Virus record (IMG/VR): IMGVR_UViG_3300034108_000261
Strand: one strand, 5' to 3'
DNA from: an uncultured virus (IMG/VR IMGVR_UViG_3300034108_000261)
Lineage: Duplodnaviria > Heunggongvirae > Uroviricota > Caudoviricetes
DNA: 64,000 nt
The notes under the pieces: generated by a model
The model's database searches: none
The model's input: the letters and a program-made list of their open reading frames with translations, nothing else
What the model was told of the DNA's origin: nothing
In this document: piece by piece, positions 44,499 to 53,184 of the stretch
Position numbering within the stretch: position 1 is the first letter of the stretch
How the letters are laid out: every line of letters begins with the position of its first letter
Program-made: the position numbers and the translations under genes

Positions 44499-46921
44499 TA
44501 CTTTTTCTTTCTTTTATTTCTATTGTTGATTCTCTTGCGGTCGATCATACGTTCTTTTTGTTGAAGGCGAAGGGAAAGTCTACCGACCATTGGCGCCATG
44601 CGCTTTACCATTCCTTCAATTCTTGTTTTCTCAGTAGCAGAGAGTGTAGAACGGTCACGACCACGGAGGACTCTGCTATAAACCATGTTACGAGCAGCGC
44701 GAACAGATCTTGACTTAATACGATCAGGAGTCGCGACACGCTTCAGTGCAAGGTTTCTTGCCATGTTACGACGTGATTTACTACGCATCATATTGAAACG
44801 CTTCTTCAGACGACCTTGTGGAGTAATACCCTCAGCGATATCTTCATCGGAATCTTCGTAGTTTAGATCTTCATCGTCATAATAGAAAACTAGATCTTCC
44901 CACTCAGAGTTTTCGATCTGGGCAGCAACATCATTTTCGATTGCGACCATATCATATTCATCGTGACGATCGTCGCTATTGTAGTCCGTTATATCATCGC
45001 GGACTGGTGGAGTTGGATAGTTAGCAGGAGTGATAGAATCTGTGTTAGGTTTTTCCTGACTGAAGTCAGCAAATTCTTCGTGGATTGCTTTAAGGAAATC
45101 TTCATGCGACTTATGTGCACGCTTGATTAATGATTCCTTTTCGATCGACGACTTCAGACCATGATACTTGTTCATAAATTTGTCGTGATGGTTAGGAGCA
45201 ATCTCATGTTCCTTACCATCATAGAACTTTACCTTGGCATTAATCGACTGAGACTTATGAAGTTGGTGAACCAGATTCTTTGGTTCATTAGCAGCTGCCT
45301 CTTTCGCCTTCGCCTTTTTTCTTGCAATAACTTTTTTAGCACGTGCAATATTTGCAGGGTCTGACATAGCACGTTGGATTTTTTGTCTAAATTCGTCCCT
45401 AGCAGAAACCCCCTTAGCAGAAATTTCCGTCAGAGTTTCTTCGTTAACATGACCATCGTGTTCCGAATCAAGACTTTTAAATCCAGACTTAACACCATGA
45501 TGGAATCCAGTTGCCTGATACCCTTTTTTGAATTTATATGCAGCGCCTTTATCAGAAATGTAGTGTAGTTCACCACCCCACCCCTTTAGATGCTTTTTAA
45601 ACTCTGGTGAGTTGTGATCTTTACTATCGCCCTTGACATGGACAGAGTAGACCTTACCTTCGACTTCTTCTGGAAGAATGCTCGACTTAGTTACCTTCGA
45701 CTTGAACACCTTGTGATCAACGCCAACTCTCTTTGCAGCAACCTTGTGAGCATGAGCAGTGTTCTGCGCCTTAACGTGAACAGAACCAGCAGCGACTGCC
45801 TTACCAGCATGTTGCTTAGGGAAGTCTACCTTCCACATGCCATGCGCTTCTTCAGTCTGTGATGCCTTCAGTGCTGCCGCAGTAGGTGCACCCTCAGATC
45901 CAGGTTTGCGCATACGCTCACCCGATCCTGCTTTAATGCGCTTACGCTTGGCATGAATGTTATCCCACAGTCCACGCTTTTCTTCGAGTTCTGATTCTTC
46001 CTTGACAGCATTCTGACGAAGACTCTTGTAACGACGAATAGCAGATTTACGCTCAGAAGAACCACCAGGAGTTTTTATAAGATCAGCATATGCTTTCTTG
46101 ATTTCTGGATTAGTCACACCTTCATCAATTTCAACTTCTTCGTGCATCTCTGGTTTATATTTCTTTTTAAATTCAGAGAATCTGCTAGTGATGTTTTTAT
46201 CAGTTGGATTGTCAGCAATATGACGACCATGCGCAGAATCAAGGAAGTGCTTGACCATTACGTTTGGTTTCTTTGCATCAGAAAGATGTCCAGCAGCACC
46301 CACTAGTTTCTTAGCATAACGATGCATGGCAGAATATCTCTTATCTTTCTCAGCATCGTCGCGTGCTTCTACAGTACCATGGTATCCGTAACCTTTGTTA
46401 CCTGAGGTAACACGAGTCAGTGCTTCGTCAAGTTCTGCTGTATCACATTGACCGCAGCACTCTGGAGTTCCGCAATTGTCATGTTCGATAATCTTTGCAT
46501 TCAATGGTTTGCGAGCTTCTTTCTCAGTTGCTTTCTTGTATGCCACATCCATATCTTTGTCTGAATCGCTCTCCTGTGGTTTCATACCAGGATTTGGGTG
46601 GTAACCATAGTCACCCTCTTCTGGGAATCCCTCTCTAGGATGCTTCATAGAGTCTGCTTCATCAAGACCCTTTTTGCGTCTTAGGGCGGCAGTGAAATGA
46701 TCAGGTGTTCCAGTATCTGGATCCATCTTTAGTTTGGCACCTGCTTTTTTTGCAACTGCTGCATTCTTATTGACCGATTCCTTGACAGCATTCATCGCCT
46801 TGCGTGCAAGGTGCTTGGCAACGTTCTTAATCTCGTTGCCATACTTATCCTTACGCTTCTCGCCTGATCGACGAGTCGGGTTTTTAGGATCTTCTTGCCA
46901 TGGTGGTGAATCATTTTTCAT
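44498..46921 (-). CDS. large modular basic protein, putative internal head polyprotein
   Basis: 807 aa; Lys/His-rich modules separated by acidic (L/I/V)xE linkers; GLWDNIHAKRKRIKAGSGERMRKPG module; late promoter upstream. Confidence 0.75.
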   Translation of the reverse strand: MKNDSPPWQEDPKNPTRRSGEKRKDKYGNEIKNVAKHLARKAMNAVKESVNKNAAVAKKAGAKLKMDPDTGTPDHFTAALRRKKGLDEADSMKHPREGFPEEGDYGYHPNPGMKPQESDSDKDMDVAYKKATEKEARKPLNAKIIEHDNCGTPECCGQCDTAELDEALTRVTSGNKGYGYHGTVEARDDAEKDKRYSAMHRYAKKLVGAAGHLSDAKKPNVMVKHFLDSAHGRHIADNPTDKNITSRFSEFKKKYKPEMHEEVEIDEGVTNPEIKKAYADLIKTPGGSSERKSAIRRYKSLRQNAVKEESELEEKRGLWDNIHAKRKRIKAGSGERMRKPGSEGAPTAAALKASQTEEAHGMWKVDFPKQHAGKAVAAGSVHVKAQNTAHAHKVAAKRVGVDHKVFKSKVTKSSILPEEVEGKVYSVHVKGDSKDHNSPEFKKHLKGWGGELHYISDKGAAYKFKKGYQATGFHHGVKSGFKSLDSEHDGHVNEETLTEISAKGVSARDEFRQKIQRAMSDPANIARAKKVIARKKAKAKEAAANEPKNLVHQLHKSQSINAKVKFYDGKEHEIAPNHHDKFMNKYHGLKSSIEKESLIKRAHKSHEDFLKAIHEEFADFSQEKPNTDSITPANYPTPPVRDDITDYNSDDRHDEYDMVAIENDVAAQIENSEWEDLVFYYDDEDLNYEDSDEDIAEGITPQGRLKKRFNMMRSKSRRNMARNLALKRVATPDRIKSRSVRAARNMVYSRVLRGRDRSTLSATEKTRIEGMVKRMAPMVGRLSLRLQQKERMIDRKRINNRNKRKKK

Positions 46922-46949
46922 GTTTGGGTTACTCTCCAGTCGTTTGCTA

Positions 46950-46957
46950 TATTTATA
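46950..46957 (-). promoter_or_regulatory. T4-type late promoter
   Basis: TATAAATA. Confidence 0.7.
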
Positions 46958-46961
46958 ATAA

Positions 46962-48044
46962 TTACTGCTTGTATTTGAAATCGCACATCAAACGAGATGG
47001 AAACCCTTCTTTCCCCTGTGAATCTCGAATGTTTAATTTGAATTCATATTTGGGACTGTCAATCACAATATCAATTCTTTTGCCCCTTCCACCTTTACCA
47101 CCATAGTAGATAGTTTGCGACAGAGCATTTGCACCAGATCGCATATAGACTTCATCGACTTTATATGATTTAATTTTTCCAGGAAATTTATGGATAACGT
47201 GGTATCCATACCCAATACCAGATTCAAGTAGAGTCTTTAATTTAAGTAGATTAGGAGAAACTACTGGCACAATCTCGCCTTTACCAGTCCCGTTAAAAAT
47301 GTCGCAGAATTTTTTATGGTCAATCTTAAACAAGTCCAACAGTGCCTGTCCATCTTTATTTGTAATTGAACCTGTTTGTATTTCATTCTTAGTAAGAATA
47401 GTTTGAACGCCAACATTAAAGAATGTAACAGTACTCTCAAATTTCAAACTGAGAAATAATGTTTGTGCAATTTTATTCTTATCTTTCCATGTAACAGTAA
47501 TATCAGTTACTGCAGCACCAATATCGTTACCAACCCCCTTAGTATTGGTCAATTTAATTCCACCAATAAATGACAACGGTCTTTTGGTATTTTCACCACC
47601 AACCGCATCAACCTTGAAATCAGAACCTTGTCCAATACCATAAGTTTTATCTAGACCCTCGATGGTTTCTAGCACCATTCGATCCATACCAGTAGTTTCA
47701 CCTGCTCGCCAGTCTTTTAATGCTTGGGTGAATTCCTCTTCAAATGCATTACCGCGATTTGCAGCGCCTCTGTTACCAGAAGATCCATCTCCAAATTTTA
47801 CCTTAAATGGTTGCTTAACTCCAGACTGAGTTAAGATTTGCTGCTCGGTAAGAGAACCTTTAATGGCACGAACGACATTGATTGGTCCTCGGTCAACATC
47901 AATGTTAATCGGAGTGGCAATTGTTGCGTATTTTTTACGCAGAAATTTAAATACCGCCTTACAATTATCACGATACGCTTTAGGTTTGGTCTTAAGAGTG
48001 GAATCGATATCTTCCTCAGATGTTGGGAAAAAATTGTAAGCCAT
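46962..48044 (-). CDS. hypothetical protein, possible PD-(D/E)xK nuclease fold
   Basis: GNAFE...TDI...LSLK pattern; function is inference. Confidence 0.65.
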   Translation of the reverse strand: MAYNFFPTSEEDIDSTLKTKPKAYRDNCKAVFKFLRKKYATIATPINIDVDRGPINVVRAIKGSLTEQQILTQSGVKQPFKVKFGDGSSGNRGAANRGNAFEEEFTQALKDWRAGETTGMDRMVLETIEGLDKTYGIGQGSDFKVDAVGGENTKRPLSFIGGIKLTNTKGVGNDIGAAVTDITVTWKDKNKIAQTLFLSLKFESTVTFFNVGVQTILTKNEIQTGSITNKDGQALLDLFKIDHKKFCDIFNGTGKGEIVPVVSPNLLKLKTLLESGIGYGYHVIHKFPGKIKSYKVDEVYMRSGANALSQTIYYGGKGGRGKRIDIVIDSPKYEFKLNIRDSQGKEGFPSRLMCDFKYKQ

Positions 48045-48565
48045 TATTTCTTCTTCTTTGAATTTTTTTCGTTCACTGCATCGACTGCCTCTTTGTTGTC
48101 AGCAATCCATTTCTGAAGCGCAATTAATTGCTCGGCGTTTTGCTGGCATCTGGAGTAGTTTCCGATGATGCCGAGGAGGGCTGTAGTGTCTGTAATTCCA
48201 GAGGGGGACGCATCAGAACTTCTGGTGGGGTCGGCATCACTGGCAGTGGCACTAGAGTCGTGCGCGAACACCCAACCGTTAGACATAACATGCTGAGTAG
48301 GAACATTTTCTTTGATAATGTCGCGATATACATATTCTTTTTCCTTGATTGTATTGGTTCTGTCTACATACTGAGTCACCACTTCAGTGGAGATCTCAGA
48401 GTTTTTCTTTTCCATATCTGCTACTAATGTTGCATTCTTTGCAGCAAATCTTTGTAGTTCTGCATCAGCATAAGCAGATCCCTTCATGTATCCATAAACA
48501 AAAACACCAAGTATTAAGGCAACACCTGCCAGTAACTTATATGGTAACGGGATCATACCAAACAT
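48044..48565 (-). CDS. i-spanin (Rz-like)
   Basis: N-terminal TM, periplasmic helical region, contains an out-of-frame lipoprotein gene. Confidence 0.8.
   Translation of the reverse strand: MFGMIPLPYKLLAGVALILGVFVYGYMKGSAYADAELQRFAAKNATLVADMEKKNSEISTEVVTQYVDRTNTIKEKEYVYRDIIKENVPTQHVMSNGWVFAHDSSATASDADPTRSSDASPSGITDTTALLGIIGNYSRCQQNAEQLIALQKWIADNKEAVDAVNEKNSKKKK
48124..48306 (-). CDS. o-spanin (Rz1-like lipoprotein), fully embedded in i-spanin
   Basis: MFLLSMLCLTVGC lipobox then Pro-rich PLPVMPTPPEVLMRPP. Confidence 0.8.
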   Translation of the reverse strand: MFLLSMLCLTVGCSRTTLVPLPVMPTPPEVLMRPPLELQTLQPSSASSETTPDASKTPSN

Positions 48566-48575
48566 ATTTAATTCC

Positions 48576-48815
48576 TTATTCTTCTTCTGACTTCTTAGTT
48601 GGTTTCTTGGGCGCAAACTTCTCCACGCCTGTAATGCCAAGAGTACCGATAACAATATACATTACACCATTAAAGATAAACTCTTCAATTGTGAAATCCC
48701 AGAATAGATTTGCAATATAACCAATGGCAACAAGAATAGTAGCAACAACTGCAATCATACGTTTAGTCGATGGATTGCCATTGTCTGACATCATATCTAT
48801 TAGAAATTTACCCAT
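48576..48815 (-). CDS. holin-like 2-TM protein
   Basis: SD.G.PSTKR, two TMs, charged C-tail; directly upstream of spanins. Confidence 0.65.
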   Translation of the reverse strand: MGKFLIDMMSDNGNPSTKRMIAVVATILVAIGYIANLFWDFTIEEFIFNGVMYIVIGTLGITGVEKFAPKKPTKKSEEE

Positions 48816-48816
48816 C

Positions 48817-49425
48817 TTACAGTCCTAGAAATGTTTTGAATGATAGTGACTCGTGGATACCCATACCATGGCGAACGTCTTTATAGAGTTCGTGCTTATG
48901 CTTTGTTGACATGGCACTTGGTGCCATCTTATGGAATTCTTTTTCGTTACCAACAGAGGCATGATGACGCATCTTGGTAGCAGATGCACCACCGACTCCA
49001 GTGTCTGCATCAGAACGTTCTCCGCCGACCTTGTGGATCTTGATACCCTTGAAGTTGAAGTAACCATGTTTACCTTCAACACCATTATATTTATGGATCA
49101 GCGTATGAAATTCGTGCGCACGATCGGAACCCACGTGCAAGTGAAGGTGCGTCACACCCGACTTGTGTAGATTCGAAAGATGGTGAAGCATTGTTGGTGA
49201 TTCTTTGGTGGCAAGTTTAACATTTGCTCCAGGGAATGCACGCTTGGCATGCTTTAACTTTTGTTCAGGTGTCAGAGGATTCTTTTTGGAATCATGACTG
49301 CCAGTGAGAATGATAGTGTGTCCATGTTCACCTGCTGTCTTACGAACCTGATTGACAACTGCTTCGTGACCAACAGTAGGAGGGTTCATTCTCCCCTGTG
49401 TAATGTGGTGATGGACTTCGCTCAT
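48817..49425 (-). CDS. cytidylyltransferase-like (HIGH-superfamily) nucleotidyltransferase, His-rich
   Basis: GRMNPPTVGH, KNPL, VGSDR, SATKMR. Confidence 0.8.
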   Translation of the reverse strand: MSEVHHHITQGRMNPPTVGHEAVVNQVRKTAGEHGHTIILTGSHDSKKNPLTPEQKLKHAKRAFPGANVKLATKESPTMLHHLSNLHKSGVTHLHLHVGSDRAHEFHTLIHKYNGVEGKHGYFNFKGIKIHKVGGERSDADTGVGGASATKMRHHASVGNEKEFHKMAPSAMSTKHKHELYKDVRHGMGIHESLSFKTFLGL

Positions 49426-50561
49426 TTTTTACCCTTGCCTGCTCTCAGGATGGCGCTGCGTTCACGATTCGCCTTAGAGAATCCTTCGCGGTCAACAACC
49501 TTTAGTCCGTTTGCAACGTAACCTTCACCACCTGCTGCCTTGCCATTAATCTTTGTGTGGAATCCACCGCCACCAGAAGAATCAAGACCACGTGCTAGAT
49601 GATTGGTTGCTTGTTGAAGATGATGATGGATCTCAAATGACTTAGCGAAGTGTTCTTTGTTCTTTGTAACATGCGAGAGGTCAGCATGCATTGTTGCAGT
49701 CTTACGCTCTTTAGCAGCAGCAGTTTTAACTGCGTCAATCTTCTTCTGGTGGACTGCTTGAAGATGCTTCTTGTATCCAGCAACTGATGGAGTTTCCTCA
49801 CTTGTAACTGTCTTATTGATATAAGAACGAGCAGTAATCTCATGACCGTCGAGGTGATGGTAGGAGTGATCCTTCATCAATTTTTCTGCTTGCGTTAAGT
49901 GATGATCAGCAGATGCCTTTACTTCGCTCGACAAGTTGCGCTCATGTGGTGCTACCAAGTGCTGAACCATGTGAACATCTGGGTGCGAACCGAAGTGTGA
50001 GGTGTCAGTAATAGGATGTGCAGTCTTGTGTTCACCCTTCAGTTCTGTATGAACCGTGGCGCTTACTTTTGACCTTTGGAGTTTCTGTCCTTCTTCACCA
50101 CTAACAGGAGTGTGATACTGAATCGTGTTAGGAGTGTGGGAAATGTGTCCATCTTTGGTTTCGCGAGTATGCGGTTCGCTCATATATCCACCCTGATATT
50201 CACCAGCGTGTTTTGGCAGAACTTTACCTAGATGTTTATGGAGCGCCTTCAGCGGACCAACAAGATATGGTTTGTGACCATGTTGTCTATCAATATCTGA
50301 TGCGGAGAAATTATAGTGTGCTCCTGGACCCTTGTACTTTACACCGACCTTACCTTCTGGGGTGCGGATGGCATGGAACGACATCTTGTCGTCAATCTTA
50401 CGGGTGAGAGGAGTTTTGCCTGATGCGACACCTTGGAGTGTCTTCAGAGCATGATGTGCTGCATCGGCATTATCGAATGATCTATCCGACGGGTGTTCAA
50501 TATGTTGAATCCCAGCAGCAGGTTTTTTTTCTTCAGAGAGATATTGGGTAAATGATAACAT
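49422..50561 (-). CDS. conserved T4-like protein (DUF6267-like), His-rich
   Basis: HIEHP.D, T.KID, YQG, PNTI.Y, EGYV...K.VDR..FS.AN; start at MLSFTQYLSEE. Confidence 0.75.
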   Translation of the reverse strand: MLSFTQYLSEEKKPAAGIQHIEHPSDRSFDNADAAHHALKTLQGVASGKTPLTRKIDDKMSFHAIRTPEGKVGVKYKGPGAHYNFSASDIDRQHGHKPYLVGPLKALHKHLGKVLPKHAGEYQGGYMSEPHTRETKDGHISHTPNTIQYHTPVSGEEGQKLQRSKVSATVHTELKGEHKTAHPITDTSHFGSHPDVHMVQHLVAPHERNLSSEVKASADHHLTQAEKLMKDHSYHHLDGHEITARSYINKTVTSEETPSVAGYKKHLQAVHQKKIDAVKTAAAKERKTATMHADLSHVTKNKEHFAKSFEIHHHLQQATNHLARGLDSSGGGGFHTKINGKAAGGEGYVANGLKVVDREGFSKANRERSAILRAGKGKK

Positions 50562-50588
50562 GGTGTTCCCGTTCAATTGTATCTCTCA

Positions 50589-50596
50589 TATTTATA
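50589..50596 (-). promoter_or_regulatory. T4-type late promoter
   Basis: TATAAATA. Confidence 0.7.
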
Positions 50597-50602
50597 ATAA
50601 AA

Positions 50603-50690
50603 ATGCCTTACAATTACTCCGACTTGTATTATATTTTCTCGCTAAGAGAATGTGATTACTACGAGTAGACCGTTGGTAATTGTTTGGCAT
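50603..50690 (-). ncRNA. candidate structured small RNA
   Basis: Interrupted stem ATGCC-AA-ACAATTAC / GTAATTGT-AA-GGCAT enclosing a TTCTC/GAGAA hairpin; TAATAAATA just upstream. Confidence 0.45.
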
Positions 50691-50704
50691 CACCATAGTA
50701 TTTA

Positions 50705-51400
50705 TTAAAACACTTTTTTCCAAGGGAAGTTAATCTGTTTATCATGGTGTATAACTTTATCTCTATAGAAGTTTGGAGTAATCATCAACATTTTTTCGTT
50801 GTCGTAAATTGGTGCAGATAATGTATTATCAAAATATACTCGACGCCCTGCTCGCATACACTGAATGGTAATATCAGTCAATTCTTCCCGAGGGAATTTT
50901 GAATCCATCATGTCAAGATATTCTCTGTCTCCATAATGATGTGGAACAAATGACTCGTCATACCCACCACCTGCGTGAAACATTTCTTTACTGCACATAA
51001 ATGAATTTAATGATGGGAATGTAATATCATTATGCCTCGTGATAAAACTATACCACTTTTCCATAGACAAATTCATTGTTTGAAGTTTAATTAAGTCTTC
51101 AGATGTAATGGCATGATCTATATCTAAGAAAATTATCCAATCAGTTTCAGCAACTGATGCGCCAAGATTGCGGCAACCATGACTGTTGAACCCTATATCT
51201 TCTTCAACAACAAGAAATGAAACGTTAAGATTGTCATTGAATTTAGCAGCAGTAATAATATCGGAAGCAGGATATTTGTTAGAACCATCATCAATCAGAA
51301 TAATTGAAACTGGAGTTGTAAATGTATTCCAGTGTTCTATTGCCTGTTTTAAAAATTCTACATCATTATAATATGTATGCACTATTGTGATTGCGTTCAT
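50705..51400 (-). CDS. glycosyltransferase family 2 (paralog B)
   Basis: ILIDDGS, CRNLGA, FLDID, GGYDESF. Confidence 0.85.
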   Translation of the reverse strand: MNAITIVHTYYNDVEFLKQAIEHWNTFTTPVSIILIDDGSNKYPASDIITAAKFNDNLNVSFLVVEEDIGFNSHGCRNLGASVAETDWIIFLDIDHAITSEDLIKLQTMNLSMEKWYSFITRHNDITFPSLNSFMCSKEMFHAGGGYDESFVPHHYGDREYLDMMDSKFPREELTDITIQCMRAGRRVYFDNTLSAPIYDNEKMLMITPNFYRDKVIHHDKQINFPWKKVF

Positions 51401-52098
51401 AAAACCCTCTCCCAATCAAAATTTATACGTTGTTCGATCGGTGTAATATTAGTTGGATCAAATTTTCTGGTATAGAATATCATCTTCTCGTCATCATATA
51501 CTGGAATAGCAGCATCGTCAACAATAACTGCCTTTCTTCCACCACGACGACAAGTTAGATTCAACCACTCTAGATTTTTGGTATCATAACTAGATGAAAG
51601 TCTACTCAGAAATTCTCTATCTCCAGTATGAAATGGAACAAATGATTCATCGTATCCACCAGATTCAAGATAAAGTTTTTTTGGTATGATAAACTGATTC
51701 AGCGCCACATAAGGATCTCCATGACCGTTAAACTTTGCATTCATTTCATACCAAGTATTCTCGGCGAGGGATTCTCGTTGTAACTTTATTAAATGAGAGG
51801 GTTGTATCGTATAATCAATATCCAAGAATACCAACCATTCAGTATTTGCTAATCGTGCACCAAGATTGCGACAACCATGACTATTAAATCCGATATCTTC
51901 TGTTACTTTATACAGAGAGAAATCTATGTTCTCTGAAAATGAAACACCCCGCAAGACTTCCTCGGCAGGAACCTCTTGGGATCCATCGTCGATTAGGATA
52001 ATCTTGATCGGGGTGTTGTATACGTTCCACCTCTCGAGTTGTGTCTCGAGAAGCGAACGTTCGTTATAATAAGTATGGATTACTGTAAATTGATTCAT
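51397..52098 (-). CDS. glycosyltransferase family 2 (paralog A)
   Basis: ILIDDGS, CRNLGA, FLDID, GGYDESF. Confidence 0.85.
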   Translation of the reverse strand: MNQFTVIHTYYNERSLLETQLERWNVYNTPIKIILIDDGSQEVPAEEVLRGVSFSENIDFSLYKVTEDIGFNSHGCRNLGARLANTEWLVFLDIDYTIQPSHLIKLQRESLAENTWYEMNAKFNGHGDPYVALNQFIIPKKLYLESGGYDESFVPFHTGDREFLSRLSSSYDTKNLEWLNLTCRRGGRKAVIVDDAAIPVYDDEKMIFYTRKFDPTNITPIEQRINFDWERVL

Positions 52099-52460
52099 CC
52101 AACAATCTGTTGAAGTTCTTCTGTTGCATCAATTTCAGTTAGGTCGATTGCAGGAAATTCAATCTGCTCAGTCAGACTATACTGCAGATACTCATTATGA
52201 GTAACATTCTGGTCAAGATACAATTGCCAACCAGAAAGAGTTTCGTGGAATTGCTTGGTGTGAGTTTCGATCAGATGACGTTTTGCTTCACATGCCTTAC
52301 CAATTTGTTCAAGGGTTGGTTCGACGTCGAATCGAGCAATGATATATTCTTTGGCACCAATAGTTTTCCAAAGTGGCATGTCATCAGTTGCAGAGTTTGC
52401 CCATAGTGCAGTTGTTGCAACCAACTTGAGATTCAGTTCTTCATTTGTTTGTTCAGTCAT
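52095..52460 (-). CDS. hypothetical protein
   Basis: 121-aa acidic ORF downstream of tRNA-Arg. Confidence 0.65.
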   Translation of the reverse strand: MTEQTNEELNLKLVATTALWANSATDDMPLWKTIGAKEYIIARFDVEPTLEQIGKACEAKRHLIETHTKQFHETLSGWQLYLDQNVTHNEYLQYSLTEQIEFPAIDLTEIDATEELQQIVG

Positions 52461-52482
52461 TTATTCATTCCCTAGTTAAAAA

Positions 52483-52559
52483 TGGTGATGCCAGTAGGAT
52501 TCGAACCTACGACCTAGAGCTTAGAAGGCTCTTGCTCTATCCAGCTGAGCTATGGCACC
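52483..52559 (-). tRNA. tRNA-Arg(TCT)
   Basis: Canonical cloverleaf, loop CTTCTAA, CCA; own promoter. Confidence 0.95.
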
Positions 52560-52572
52560 AATGTCAATTATT

Positions 52573-52601
52573 GTTATACTATATCTATTGTAAAAAGTCA
52601 A
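52573..52601 (-). promoter_or_regulatory. sigma70-type promoter
   Basis: TTGACT-N17-TATAAC. Confidence 0.7.
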
Positions 52602-52608
52602 GTGTTTT

Positions 52609-53184
52609 TTATCGAACATCTAATCTTTCTGGATATTCAAACCATCCAGTAGCGATATACTTATTCCCGACAAGATCGGGTGCAGCACGATGAACATGGG
52701 TATATGCTGCAGGCCAAATAAGCAAAGTTCCTGCTTCTGGTTTTACTGCCAGATCTTGGAATTTAAACTCTGTCTTACCACCTTCTTCTACAGTGTTCAG
52801 ATACAACATCCAAACACCAAACCTGCCTCGATTATTTTTTCCAGATCCTTGTTCAGTATGCCATTGGTGGAATCCACCACCAGTTTCTGATTTCTGGAAT
52901 TTCCAACCTGGAGTAAACAGTTCTAAGAATGCTCGACTAGCAGCACCATATTGTTTGTTATATTTTCTCCAACCTGCATGTACTGCATCGACAACAGATT
53001 CTTCAAAAAACTTTAATGACCCATATCTACCAGTAAAGATATTCCAGTCTGTTCTGTTTGCATCATCCGATAGAATACAGGCAGTTCCTGGATCTGGACG
53101 TGAGATAATAACGTCCATGGCATCGCAAATCTGTTTACATTTTTCTGCACTTAGTGCATTGGGGTATGATTCTATAAAATTCAT
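52609..53184 (-). CDS. 2OG-Fe(II) oxygenase
   Basis: FHQWHTE, WMLYLN.VEEGG.TEF, WPA.YTH.HR, KYIATGW. Confidence 0.9.
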   Translation of the reverse strand: MNFIESYPNALSAEKCKQICDAMDVIISRPDPGTACILSDDANRTDWNIFTGRYGSLKFFEESVVDAVHAGWRKYNKQYGAASRAFLELFTPGWKFQKSETGGGFHQWHTEQGSGKNNRGRFGVWMLYLNTVEEGGKTEFKFQDLAVKPEAGTLLIWPAAYTHVHRAAPDLVGNKYIATGWFEYPERLDVR

